Positions 10,753 through 20,311 of a stretch of DNA of 64,000 nucleotides are shown one piece after another (the first letter of the stretch is position 1; each line of letters opens with the position of its first letter). The notes below the pieces were generated by a model. The model ran no database searches, was not told the origin of the DNA, and saw only the letters and a program-made list of their open reading frames with translations. This DNA is from an uncultured Thermoplasmata archaeon (GTDB taxonomy: Archaea; Thermoplasmatota; Thermoplasmata; RBG-16-68-12). A program made the position numbers and the translations under genes. Where the stretch lies: positions 8,664 to 72,663 of the forward strand of contig CAVYJM010000008.1 in NCBI GenBank assembly GCA_963768855.1, given 5' to 3'.

Positions 10753-11765
10753 TCCACCCGCGGATCCAGGAGTCCGTACAGGACGTCCGCAATGAGGTTC
10801 GCGACGACGACCCCGATCGCGAAGAAGATGACAGCACCAATCGTGCCGTTGAAGTTGTACTTCGTAATCGCCTCGTACGCGTAACTGCCGAGGCCCGGCC
10901 ACAGGAAGATCTCCTCAATGACCACGAGCGTCGACAGGATACCTCCCATCGTCGTCCCGATAACCGTCACGGTCGAGATGAGCGAGTTCCTCAGCGCATG
11001 CTTGTAGAGCACCTTGAAGTTGGAGAGCCCCTTCATGCGGGCGGTCTTCACGTAGTCCATCGGTAGGACCTCAAGCATCGAGCCCCGCGTCATCCGGGTT
11101 GCGATCCCAAGGTTCACGAACGCCAAGGCCGTCGCGGGGAGGATCAAATGCGCGATTGCATCGGCGACGCCCGCGAAGTTGAGGGCGACGAGCGCGTCGA
11201 GGACGGACATGTGGAAGGGCTGAGGGAAGGGCGGGACGGGGGACGTGAATGCGCCGTTACGCGGCAATCCAAGGACGGGTCCGATCGCGACGGAGAGGAC
11301 GGCCGCGGCCAGATACGTCGGAGTCGCCCACCCGCTCAGATAGAAGGTGCGCACGAGATGGTCCGGCCAGCGACCCGTGTTGCTCGCGGCGATCACCCCG
11401 AGCGGGATTCCGATGGCCACCATGAGGAACAGCGAGGCAAGGACCAGCTCCAAGGTCTCAGGGAACTTGGCGAGGATATCGGGGAGGATGAGAGGGCCCC
11501 GCGGGCTCGCACCCCAGTCGCCAACGACGAGCTTTCCCAGGTAACTCGCGTACTGGTTGAAGACGGGCTTGTCCAGATCGTTGTTGACAATGCACTGCTG
11601 GATCGTCGCCTGGGTGGCCCGCGGCCCGGACCAGACGTTGCAGGGATTTGGGACCGCGAGGTGGGTGAAGATGAAAGTAATCGTTACGACCCCGAAGAGG
11701 ACGGGGATGAGCGTCAGGAGGCGCTTGCCGATGAAGATGACGAGGTCCCCTCGACTCCTCCCCAC
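10743..11765 (-). CDS. Peptide ABC permease (OppB/DppB-like)
   Basis: IGKRLLTLIPVLFGV, LDKPVFNQY, DYVKTARMKGL, ADVLYGLLDPRV. Confidence 0.92.
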   Translation of the reverse strand: MGRSRGDLVIFIGKRLLTLIPVLFGVVTITFIFTHLAVPNPCNVWSGPRATQATIQQCIVNNDLDKPVFNQYASYLGKLVVGDWGASPRGPLILPDILAKFPETLELVLASLFLMVAIGIPLGVIAASNTGRWPDHLVRTFYLSGWATPTYLAAAVLSVAIGPVLGLPRNGAFTSPVPPFPQPFHMSVLDALVALNFAGVADAIAHLILPATALAFVNLGIATRMTRGSMLEVLPMDYVKTARMKGLSNFKVLYKHALRNSLISTVTVIGTTMGGILSTLVVIEEIFLWPGLGSYAYEAITKYNFNGTIGAVIFFAIGVVVANLIADVLYGLLDPRVEWR

Positions 11766-11985
11766 CTAGGATCCAGCTCCCCGAGCGTCGCGAGGTCTCC
11801 CGACGGCGGGGAGTCCCTGGCGCGGATTCGGACGGCCGCAACAAAGGGCCGCCGTCTCGCTCAACGGGCGGGGAACTCCCCCCTCGGAGATAAAGCTAAG
11901 GTCGGGGCGCACGGGAGAGGCTGCCGAGCCACCTGAGGCTAAAGTCCTAAATAGATGGACCTATCTCGCCACCCAGCCGGTTCTC

Positions 11986-12570
11986 ATGTACCAACGGGTT
12001 CAGCGAGAGGACGTCGTCCGCATCCCGCCCGAGCGCCTGGGCGAGGGCATCGACAAGGTCGCGAAGGAGCTCACCCGGACGACCCTCGAGGGGAAGGTCG
12101 GGGCGGACAAGACCCTGACCTTGATCGCGAGCAACATCGAGGCGGTCGGCGAGGGGCGCATCGTCCACGGCGACGGTGCGGTCTACCAGCGCGTGAGGTA
12201 CGACGCCCTCGTGTTCGCGCCCCAGCTCCAGGAGGTCGTCGAGGGCACCGTGGTCGAGATCCTCAAGTTCGGCGCCTTCGTGCGGTTCGGTCCTCTGGAC
12301 GGGCTGCTGCACATCTCCCAGGTCATGGACGACCGCGTCGACGTGGACGAGGAAGGCCAGCGGCTGATCGGGAAGGATTCGAAGCGCGACCTGCGCGTGG
12401 GCGACCGCGTCCGGGTGCGGATCGTCGCGGTCTCCCTGAACGAGCGCGCGCCGCGGGAGTCGAAGATCGGCCTCACGATGCGCCAGCCCGCGCTTGGCAA
12501 GCTGGATTGGATCGAGGAGGACCGCGCCCGCGCCGAGGGCCGGAGCAAGAAGGGGAAGCGGGGAGGCTGA
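11986..12570 (+). CDS. rpo7: DNA-directed RNA polymerase subunit E' (Rpo7)
   Basis: VRIPPERLG, GRIVHGDGAVY, S1 domain FGAFVRFGPLDGLLHISQVMDD, KIGLTMRQPALGK. Confidence 0.96.
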   Translation: MYQRVQREDVVRIPPERLGEGIDKVAKELTRTTLEGKVGADKTLTLIASNIEAVGEGRIVHGDGAVYQRVRYDALVFAPQLQEVVEGTVVEILKFGAFVRFGPLDGLLHISQVMDDRVDVDEEGQRLIGKDSKRDLRVGDRVRVRIVAVSLNERAPRESKIGLTMRQPALGKLDWIEEDRARAEGRSKKGKRGG

Positions 12571-12574
12571 CCGC

Positions 12575-12766
12575 ATGGTCGTCAAGATCCCGAAGGCCTG
12601 CAAGAACTGCTCCGCGATCACGGACGATGACAAGTGCCCCCTGTGCGGCGGCGTGACTTCGAAGGACTGGCAGGGCTACGTGATCATCGTCGACCACCCG
12701 CGCTCGGAGATCGCGAAGAAGATGGGGCTGCATGTCAACGGGAAGTTCGCCCTCCGCGTTCGCTGA
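12575..12766 (+). CDS. spt4: Transcription elongation factor Spt4 (RpoE'')
   Basis: ACKNC...CPLCG...SKDWQGYVIIVD...SEIAKKMG...GKFALRVR; conserved position after rpo7. Confidence 0.95.
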   Translation: MVVKIPKACKNCSAITDDDKCPLCGGVTSKDWQGYVIIVDHPRSEIAKKMGLHVNGKFALRVR

Positions 12767-13277
12767 GTTCGCGAACGTCACGCTCAAACTCCCTGAGTCA
12801 CTCCGAGAGAACCTGAAGTGGCCGATGGGGCCGCTCGTGCACGGTCTGGACGTCCTCCCGACGGTCGGCACCGCGAGCCCCGTGGTCACGGTGGGCGACT
12901 TCTGCACGCTCGACCTGATCGCCCGCGGCCGCACGCCGGACCTCTGCCTCGTCGACTTCAAGACGAAGCGCCAGGAGGATCCGGAGCTGCGGGACGCGTT
13001 CGGACGGATCCACGCGCGCGTCGTGCGACTGAAGAACCCTGCGGGGACGGTCGCCGCGGACGCGTGGTCCGTCTTGTCCGAAGCCTTTAAATCAGAGGAG
13101 CGGGTACGCGTCGAAGTCCAGGGAGAAGAGGACCTCTTGGCCCTGGTCTGTATCGCCCTCGCGCCCGAGACCGCGGCCGTGCTCTACGGCATGCCGGGTC
13201 AGGGCGTCGTCGTGGTGCGTGCGGACCACGCCGCGAAGTCGCGCGTCCTGGACATCCTGCGACGCATGGAACGGTAG
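12732..13277 (+). CDS. GTP-dependent dephospho-CoA kinase (DUF359); exact start uncertain
   Basis: LKLPESLRENLKWPMG, VTVGD, LVDFKTKR, NPAG, V.GEEDLLAL, LYGMPGQGVV; canonical operon position. Confidence 0.88.
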   Translation: MSTGSSPSAFAEFANVTLKLPESLRENLKWPMGPLVHGLDVLPTVGTASPVVTVGDFCTLDLIARGRTPDLCLVDFKTKRQEDPELRDAFGRIHARVVRLKNPAGTVAADAWSVLSEAFKSEERVRVEVQGEEDLLALVCIALAPETAAVLYGMPGQGVVVVRADHAAKSRVLDILRRMER

Positions 13278-13283
13278 AAGCTC

Positions 13284-13826
13284 ATGGAAGTCCAAGTCCT
13301 CACGAAGAAGGAGAACCCGCTCCTGAAGCGGGTCGAGATCACGTTCAAGGCCGTCCACAAGGCCGAGGCCACGCCGACGCGGGACGCCCTCCGCTCCGAG
13401 CTCGCGAAGCAACTCAAGGTCGCGAAGGACGCGGTCGTCGTGGACCATTCAAATTCCTCGTTCGGGCGGTACGAGACCCTCGGCTACGCGAAGGTCTACA
13501 AGTCCAAGGAGGAAGCCCTCTCGATCGAGCGCTCCCACATCCTCGTCCGGAACAAGCTGAAGGAGGCCGAGGTGAAGGAGAAGAAGGAGGCCGAGAAGGC
13601 CCCGAAGCCTCCGAGGGCGGAGAGGCCCGCCCCGAAGGCGGAAGCGAAGGCGGAGGCGCCGAAGGCCGAGGCGAAGCCCGAGCACAAGCCCGAGGCCAAG
13701 GCGGAACACAAAGGGGAGAAGCCCGCCGCGAAGGAAGAGAAGAAGCCGACCGAGAAGCACGAGGAGAAGAAGGAAGCGAAGCCTGAGGCGAAGAAGGCGG
13801 AGCCCAAGAAGAAGGAGGGCAAGTGA
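13284..13826 (+). CDS. rps24e: 30S ribosomal protein S24e with K/E/A/P-rich C-terminal extension
   Basis: [33 protein letters not shown] in the first ~100 aa; low-complexity tail. Confidence 0.93.
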   Translation: MEVQVLTKKENPLLKRVEITFKAVHKAEATPTRDALRSELAKQLKVAKDAVVVDHSNSSFGRYETLGYAKVYKSKEEALSIERSHILVRNKLKEAEVKEKKEAEKAPKPPRAERPAPKAEAKAEAPKAEAKPEHKPEAKAEHKGEKPAAKEEKKPTEKHEEKKEAKPEAKKAEPKKKEGK

Positions 13827-14014
13827 TGGCGGAGACCAAGAAGGCCGCGAAGGGCACCGCCGGCCTCAAGCATGGGTTCTACAAGATCGAGGGGGAGCGG
13901 CTCGAACGGACCCGCCAGAACTGCCCCAAGTGCGGCCCCGGCACGTTCCTCGCGGTGCACGAGGGCCGCGTCTCCTGCGGCCGCTGCGGCTACACCGAGT
14001 TCGCGAAGAAGTAG
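13826..14014 (+). CDS. rps27ae: 30S ribosomal protein S27ae
   Basis: YKIEGE...[24 protein letters not shown]; start overlaps the S24e stop. Confidence 0.95.
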   Translation: MAETKKAAKGTAGLKHGFYKIEGERLERTRQNCPKCGPGTFLAVHEGRVSCGRCGYTEFAKK

Positions 14015-14086
14015 CCCCCCGGGGTCATTTCGCATTTTGACGAGCGTCCCAATGCCTTAGAGACCCACCAGATTGTCCCGGGGACC

Positions 14087-15061
14087 ATGCGACGTGCCGT
14101 CCTCGGGCTGGCCTTTGCGCTTGCCCTTTCCATCGCCGCGCTTGCGATCGTGTCTGCCCCGCAGACGCCCACCCCGTCCAGCCCGGTCCACGCGGCGGCG
14201 CTGAACCTGAACCTGAACTACAGCGACCCCGCGAGCGATGTCTTCAAGCTCTGGACCTCGAACAACAGCCACGTCACGGATGTGAGCGGGTTCTGGATCA
14301 TGAGCCCGTCACCCGGGGAAGTGAACCTGATTCGCGTGTCCTCGACGGACGCAGGGACCAACGTGAACCTCTACCTCCGCGTCCAGACGACAATCGCGTC
14401 GCGCGCGAACACCTCCTATGAAATCCGGTTGTACTCCCGAGCCGACAACCGCACCCACTACCTGGTGGACTACTCGAACGGCGTTACGTATCTCAAGCAG
14501 AACACGACCGCCGCGAGCACCTCCAACCTCACCGCGAACACGACGATCTCGCCAGCGAGCACGCTCAACGTGGTCGTGCGCAAGGCTCTCCTCGGCGGCT
14601 CCACGAACATCACAGCCTGGAACATCGATGCGACATCCAAGCAGGACGCGGGCAACTACACGTACGAGGACTTCGTCTGGCAGCAACCAGGAAACCCGGG
14701 ATCCGCCCCCGCGTTCCTCCAGGGCCGCGTCACGGATGCGGCGAACGGAGCGGGCCTAGCGAACGTGAACGTGTCCACCAACGCAGGCGGATACTTCACG
14801 ACGACGAACGCGACGGGTTACTATAGCCTTCCCGCGTCGCCGGGGAACTACACTCTGACCTTCACCCTGACCGGCTACGACAGCCTGTCGAAGCCCGTGT
14901 CGGTCCAGTACCAGCAGACGCAGACGGTGAACGCCGCGCTGACGAAAACCTCGGACCTCACGTTGCTCCTCTGGGTTGTCCTGCTGGTCCTCATTGTGGT
15001 CGGCGTCGCCGCGGTCGTGTTCATCGTGATGCGTCGGAGGAGACCGAGCGCGCCGAAGTGA
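14087..15061 (+). CDS. Secreted, C-terminally anchored surface protein with carboxypeptidase-regulatory-like/PEGA beta-sandwich
   Basis: N-terminal signal peptide; N/T/S-rich body with many NxS/T sequons; GRVTDAANGAGL...TNATGYYSL..PGNYTLT..GY; C-terminal TM plus RRRR. Confidence 0.8.
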   Translation: MRRAVLGLAFALALSIAALAIVSAPQTPTPSSPVHAAALNLNLNYSDPASDVFKLWTSNNSHVTDVSGFWIMSPSPGEVNLIRVSSTDAGTNVNLYLRVQTTIASRANTSYEIRLYSRADNRTHYLVDYSNGVTYLKQNTTAASTSNLTANTTISPASTLNVVVRKALLGGSTNITAWNIDATSKQDAGNYTYEDFVWQQPGNPGSAPAFLQGRVTDAANGAGLANVNVSTNAGGYFTTTNATGYYSLPASPGNYTLTFTLTGYDSLSKPVSVQYQQTQTVNAALTKTSDLTLLLWVVLLVLIVVGVAAVVFIVMRRRRPSAPK

Positions 15062-15082
15062 TTCCCTCCGGTTCCCTGGGCG

Positions 15083-15095
15083 GAAAGCCTTAAAG
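15083..15095 (+). promoter_or_regulatory. BRE/TATA-like promoter of tRNA-Arg
   Basis: GAAAGCCTTAAAG about 25-35 nt upstream of the tRNA; similar AAAG-CC-T(T/A)(A/T)A elements precede apgM, hppA and rpo7. Confidence 0.6.
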
Positions 15096-15119
15096 CGACG
15101 ACCCCTTACGGCGGGCCGC

Positions 15120-15193
15120 GGGCCTGTAGTCTAGCTTGGACAGGACAGAGGCCTCCGGAGCCTTTAACCGGGGTTCGAATCCCCGCAGGCCCG
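15120..15193 (+). tRNA. tRNA-Arg (anticodon CCG), intron-less, CCA not encoded
   Basis: Acceptor GGGCCTG/CAGGCCC; anticodon arm GAGGC-CT CCG GA-GCCTT; T arm CGGGG-TTCGAAT-CCCCG; discriminator G. Confidence 0.95.
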
Positions 15194-15219
15194 TACCATT
15201 CCCTTAGAACCGAGGTCAA

Positions 15220-15342
15220 TCACGGGGAATTGACCCGCACGGGAGTCCCACAAAAGCGCTCGAGATCGTCCCAGGCGCGCTCGGTGCGAATGCGGGCGTA
15301 GAACCACTCCGTCGTCGCGGTCGAGCTATGCCGGAGGGCCTC
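15220..15342 (-). pseudogene. C-terminal remnant of a tyrosine recombinase/integrase
   Basis: EALRHSSTATTEWFYARIRTERAWDDLERF resembles the L-G/R-H-S-x3-TT-x2-Y box with the catalytic Tyr. It ends 26 bp past the tRNA 3' end; no N-terminal catalytic motifs upstream. Confidence 0.6.
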
Positions 15343-15410
15343 GCCCCCGGCCTCCTGGGAGTGCCTCCTAGCCGCCGGAAGGGCTCGGCTGGGACGGGCA
15401 AACGGTCTCG

Positions 15411-15515
15411 CTAGGGAGGGACGAGCCAGCCAGGGACAAGGAGGATGAGCGACGTGACGACACTCAAGACGAGGAAGAGAATGACGTGCTTCATGTCCTT
15501 CGAGATTCGCGCCAT
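15411..15515 (-). CDS. Putative 34-aa single-TM microprotein
   Basis: MARISKDMKHVILFLVLSVVTSLILLVPGWLVPP with a GGGGG purine run upstream; below the ORF-track cutoff. Confidence 0.45.
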   Translation of the reverse strand: MARISKDMKHVILFLVLSVVTSLILLVPGWLVPP

Positions 15516-16186
15516 TACATCGTCCCCCCTTTAGCGTACACGGACAAGGACTCAAGCTCGAAATGAATACCGTTGCCGACGGCGAATTCGGCCCAGGTTA
15601 GGACGCATTCCACAATCCCCGTCAATCAGCAGAGAGGTTTGCGATACGTGCTTGTCATGAGGACGAGCGGTATCGTCGGTTCAACCGGGCGAGCTTCCGG
15701 GATCTCGCGGAGCAACAGAGGCTGCGCCGCGTTCTCTAGTGAGAGATTCCCCCCGCTACCTTAGACCAATCGACGCACTAACAAAGGCTGATGCACGGTG
15801 TAGAAAAGTGCCGCCCAGCCTTTCTCTCGGTCTTCGGCGCCGGGGCCTCGCGCCCGTTGGGGATTCCGACCAACAGAGATATGCACGAAACCTTCCTCGA
15901 TTGAAAGGATCCGCACCACACTACCCTCGGTGGGTTTCCGCCCGAGCTCTACGAAAACGCAAGAAAGGGACTGTCTTCGGCAGAAGTTGCTCCAGTCAAT
16001 CTCGAATCGTTGATGTCCACGCCTACCTCATTCGATTCGCCACGGTCGGTCGAGAACTTGCGGTGGACTGGCAAACCCAGCGCAGCAGCTGCCTGTAGAT
16101 GTGAGGAGAAAGAGCTTAGACTGAAGGATGATGGCCCTCTGGCGAGAGAGCCGCGATGATGCTGCCTAGGCCTCTCAAACGGCACA

Positions 16187-16549
16187 TCACAGAGGACCGA
16201 TGATGGTGGGCAGGAACCAGCCTACGAATATAGCAACAATCCACACGATCACCGCAGTCAGGAGTGCCTTGAGCCAGCCAATCTCGTACAGACTCCCGAG
16301 CGCCAGCAGCCAAACGAACCCACCGATCAAGCCCGCCCAGAGCCCCTGACCCAGGAAGAAGTACGCCAAGGCGTAAATGATGGCCCCGACGAGGGCGGCC
16401 AGCAAGGCCGTCCCGATCCCTTCCTTCTCCCCGAGCAGCGTCGTGATCACGTAGATGATGATGGTCGAAACGATCCATCCGATAACGAAGAAGAGCACGG
16501 CCGTGAGAAGCGACCCTGGCACCGTGTATCCGCCGATTGTTATGGACAT
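16187..16549 (-). CDS. Small multi-pass membrane protein (120 aa, about 4 TM)
   Basis: MSITIGGYTVPGSLLTAVLFF...; continuous hydrophobic helices; ATG at 16549. Confidence 0.8.
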   Translation of the reverse strand: MSITIGGYTVPGSLLTAVLFFVIGWIVSTIIIYVITTLLGEKEGIGTALLAALVGAIIYALAYFFLGQGLWAGLIGGFVWLLALGSLYEIGWLKALLTAVIVWIVAIFVGWFLPTIIGPL

Positions 16550-17395
16550 GTCTTCCACCCGGGTGCGGCAATGACGGGCAGGTATTTTGGCCTTGCGCAA
16601 ATGTACGCTGTAAGCCGGAACCGGTGGCATCGTCGGAGCACCCGACTCGACGGAAGAGATGTGGTCCCGATATGGGTCCGCTCCTGACACGTAACAGCGT
16701 CTCGGACAGCCTTTCACGCAAGGAACGTCGCCTAAGCCGCGTGTGCCCCGTTACCCTCGGCGAAAACCGATGATGATTCTCCGCAGAAGACATCGTCCTG
16801 CGGGCCTCGTTCAGGGGAAGCTGGTTCCAGTACCACTAACCGCCAGTGCGGCGGTGGCGACCGAGGCGAGAGGGGCGGGCATGGTGGGGAACGAGGGTGA
16901 TCTCGAACGACATTTGCTGCGCCTGAACAGCTCAATCCGAACAGAAGGGAGCATACGTCTGGGATCTCAGGTTTGCCCGACCGCCGCTGCCGAGACAAGC
17001 GATGTCGTGAACACGCACAACCGGGTTTCGGCGATCCGTCGGCCGCCGACCCAAGCTTCGTCCTTCGCAGTCTCCTCCTTGATCTAGGCGGAGGTGTACT
17101 TCCCGCTCGCCCTTTCTTCGGACGTGAGAGGGCGGTTCAGTTCCTCCTTGCCGCAGGCCTTCATCTGGGCGTCGGACATCCGGGCGGCGCGCTTCAGGAT
17201 TTGCGTCCCCATCCGCTCCTCGATTCCGAGACCTCGCTGTCGGGTCCTTCAGATCGACGTACGGGTGCTCTGGTGCAGGTCACAGAGTCACCGCGAAATC
17301 GTTTATTACCTCCGGAGGGCATGCCCGGCTTGGCGACTGCCATGGTTCCGTCCACGGTTCCGTCCTCCGGCGAGCACAAGGGTGAGCAGACACTC

Positions 17396-17870
17396 ATGGC
17401 GATGAAGCCGACACGATACATCGCCCTCACCTACTACGTGCTCTTCATCGTCTTCCTGTTCCTGGCACCCCTCGTCTACCTCCACCCCTGGTTCTTCGAC
17501 GCGATCCCGCGGGCCCCGGTCGGTCCGATCGACACGACCCGTTATCCTCCTGGCCGTCCTCCTGATCCTTGCGCTGTACTGCTTGGTCCGGGCCGAGCTC
17601 AGGCGGGCGACGACGTCCTACGTAATCACGGACAACAAGATCGTCCGCAAGGACGGGATCCTGACCAAGAACACCCAGATGATCCCTTACACGCAGCTCA
17701 ACCGAATCGACCTGAAACAGACGCTCGGCCAGCGGATGCTGCACATCGGGACCGTCGTCGTGGACACGGGGGACGACACTCTGAAGATCGACCACATCGC
17801 CCACCCGGAGAAAGTGCAGCAGCTCCTGAGCGAGCGACTCGGCCGCAAGTCATACTCCGCGCAGAAGTGA
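17396..17870 (+). CDS. Membrane-anchored bacterial PH (bPH_2/DUF304-like) domain protein, +1 frameshift near 17540
   Basis: Two TM segments, then RATTSYVITDNKIVRKDGILTK..QMIPYTQLNRIDLKQTLGQRML.IGTVVVDTG. The N-terminal part is in a different frame; the shift is at ACCC. Confidence 0.75.
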
Positions 17871-17969
17871 GCCGCTCAGCAATCCTGAGTACGCAAGAGC
17901 GTGCCCGCTCTCAGAGGGCCGGGTCTTGGTTGGGCAGAGCAGATAACCCCCGCTGTCGTTGCGGCCTCC

Positions 17970-18071
17970 ATGAAGCTGAAGACCCCTCGGAGGAAAATGA
18001 AGAGTATCAAGCGCAATCTCGACCGGGATATGAAGAAGACCTTGAAACGGGTCAAGAGAGTTATCCGTTGA
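17970..18071 (+). CDS. Putative 33-aa highly basic microprotein
   Basis: MKLKTPRRKMKSIKRNLDRDMKKTLKRVKRVIR; 16 of 33 residues are K/R; ATG to TGA. Confidence 0.45.
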   Translation: MKLKTPRRKMKSIKRNLDRDMKKTLKRVKRVIR

Positions 18072-18514
18072 AGACCTCAAGCGTGCTCGCTCAGGGGGGT
18101 GACGGTCGAGGAGGTCTCTTCTCCATCGGTTCCACCGTTCGGGAGCGGGAGCTACAAGGACCGTTCCATGCAGGGCTCGTCCCGACGGTGGCTGTCCTGC
18201 CATTTCCGGATCCTGAACCTCAAACGGATTCTTGTGGACGCCCGAACCACCGCACGTCGCCCGCGAGCCGGCAGGAAGACAGGAAGGGCCGGTGCGCGGA
18301 TCTTTCGAGCCATTTGGAGGAATCTGCGCGGAGGTACCGTGCTACCGACCCGGCGAGGGGGAGACGTCTTGGCTGCAACCTTGCGGCTCTCCGCTCGGAG
18401 TCCTCTGCACGGACAGGCCCGCCTTGCGAACTGGGGGCAGCGTGCAAGCACATCGGATCGAATACGTCCACCTCCGCGAGAGCGCGGGAGCGGGTCCCCA
18501 TTCGTCGCTAGCAA

Positions 18515-18870
18515 CTACGTTTTGCGAGCCCGCTCCTCCTGCCGCGAAACCGTTATCGCGCGCTCGAGGCGCAGCCAGGGCATGGAGGTGAAGACCGATT
18601 GTATCCGCACACGAGGACCGCCAAGAAGTCAGCGAGCCGCAGCTGCGATCCGCCACAGTAGCCGGAGCGGGGCTTGATGACGAAGACTCGAATTCCCGCC
18701 TCGCCCCAGGTCTTCCGGAAGATCGCGCGCACCCGTCTTGCGTGCCATTGTTGGGCAACCGTCGATGGTGCTGGTCCCCCTCTTCGCCTGGAGTACCCGA
18801 AGCGCGAACTTCGCGTTCTCGATGGTGTTCCGGCTCTTGGTCTCGAAGCAGGAGGTCGCTTCGGGGACTG
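18515..18870 (-). pseudogene. DUF218/YdcF (ElyC/SanA-like) family fragment, frameshifted, N-terminus missing
   Basis: ETKSRNTIENAKFAL matches E..SrnT.ENA; after a +1 shift, TVAQQWHARRVRAIF resembles the vT...H..Ra motif. Confidence 0.5.
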
Positions 18871-19332
18871 ACGGTCCTCTACGACGAGATCCAGGCTGCG
18901 GCTTCAATCGGCAACTCCGTGTTACACCTACTCAGCGACGTTCACTCTGATAAGTAGGACTGCAGCTTGCCTTCCGCGGCGGTAAAGCTCGACGACTTCG
19001 TCGGTGACGGCACGTCGAGCGGGAGAGGCGTGGGCCAGGTCTCAATACGTCCGCCCCAACGCCGATGGATTACATCTGCCGGTTCGACGGAGATCGTCGT
19101 CCTCCGTCTCGAACGACCGTCCAACAAGCGACCAGAAGCCGCTCACGATGTGGCGAAATCAGCGGCATGGATAAAACGGAGGGGGCCCGCCCCTGGCGGA
19201 GCGGGCGTTAGCGGAAAGGTGCCACAGGTCCGAAATTCAATCCGGCCTCATTGAGGGCCGTTCTGGAGGAACCGTTCGCATCCTCGCAGGTCCGTACTCG
19301 TCGATGGAAAGCCGAACCACGATCTCGCAACG

Positions 19333-19626
19333 TCAGCGAGCACGTCGCTTCCTGCGGAGGGCGCCGAACCTCGCAGCGGCTCGCGATCGTGCACGCGCTG
19401 TTTCCGCTTCGCGGCTTCGAGGGGCGGCACTGGTCACCAACGAATGCAGCAAGACCCGAGCCGTCGCAGTCACTTCTTCGACCGCGCGATCGAACGCCGC
19501 CTCGTTGGCTGACGAGGGTTTGTTGAAACCCGAGATCTTCCTCACGAACTGGAGCGAGGCTCCCCTGATTTCATCGTCGGTAGCGGGCGGGTCGAAGTTG
19601 AACAGGACCTTGATGTTCCGGCACAT
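19333..19626 (-). CDS. DUF2277 family protein
   Basis: MCRNIKVLFNFDPPATDDEIRGASLQFVRKISGF.KPS.ANEAAFDRAV is the family signature. Confidence 0.9.
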   Translation of the reverse strand: MCRNIKVLFNFDPPATDDEIRGASLQFVRKISGFNKPSSANEAAFDRAVEEVTATARVLLHSLVTSAAPRSREAETARARSRAAARFGALRRKRRAR

Positions 19627-20044
19627 GCGCTTCCCTCCCAGGTGGGCGACGGAAGCCGCCTCCGGGGTTTAACCATATCCTCATGTGACTTCGAGATCGC
19701 TAGGTCACCCGGCACCCTCGGCCCCGAGGTACTCCGGGCACACGCAGACGAGCGCGAAGTTGCAGGGACCGGTTCCGTCCCGATGCTCCTTTCGCGCGTG
19801 CGAGCAGGAGGGCCGGCGACAATAGTCCCCTTCGGTGGCCTTCGCCTGATCGGACTGGACCTTCTGATGGAGGAAGAGCTGCTCAGGGGTTCCCAGATTC
19901 ATAGCATGCTCCAGATTTACGGCCGGCCGAACCACAAGCCGCGACGAGGCACGTCCCCGTCCACCTGGAGCCGAAGGACGAGGAGATTGAAGCGTTTTGC
20001 TCCCGTCGGCGCCGTGACGGACATTCGGTCCGCGGCGGATACGG

Positions 20045-20299
20045 ATGCGAAGTCTTTATGCCGAGACGCATTGCAGGGGATGGTGGTCCTCCACGGCTCC
20101 CGACCCGCAGCCCGACCCGCTCACGTGGCCCGCCGGCTGGGTCCGGTGCGCGTGGTGCAAGAAGATCGCCTTGTACGGCTCGCCGGATATCATCCAAGTG
20201 AAGAGGAAGCGGGGCACGGTCTTCATGCACGCAAGGTGCGCCCACGAGGCCGAGCTCCACGACTGGGGCAACGCGCCGCCCATGCATGGAGCCGATTGA
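20045..20299 (+). CDS. Small putative zinc-binding protein
   Basis: CAWC...MHARC (CxxC-x22-HxxC); start uncertain. Confidence 0.5.
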   Translation: MRSLYAETHCRGWWSSTAPDPQPDPLTWPAGWVRCAWCKKIALYGSPDIIQVKRKRGTVFMHARCAHEAELHDWGNAPPMHGAD

Positions 20300-20311
20300 G
20301 ACGCATCGGGC

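Noticed and set aside
15136-15147. GGACAGGACA shared between the tRNA D-arm and the reverse strand of the 43.7/43.9-kb repeats, considered as att-site evidence
   Set aside because: Only 10 bp, and not in the anticodon-to-3' half used as att cores; likely chance.
16973-18511. 512-aa ORF
   Set aside because: Only a short internal stretch (the TM part of the PH-domain gene) looks coding; the rest is low-information.
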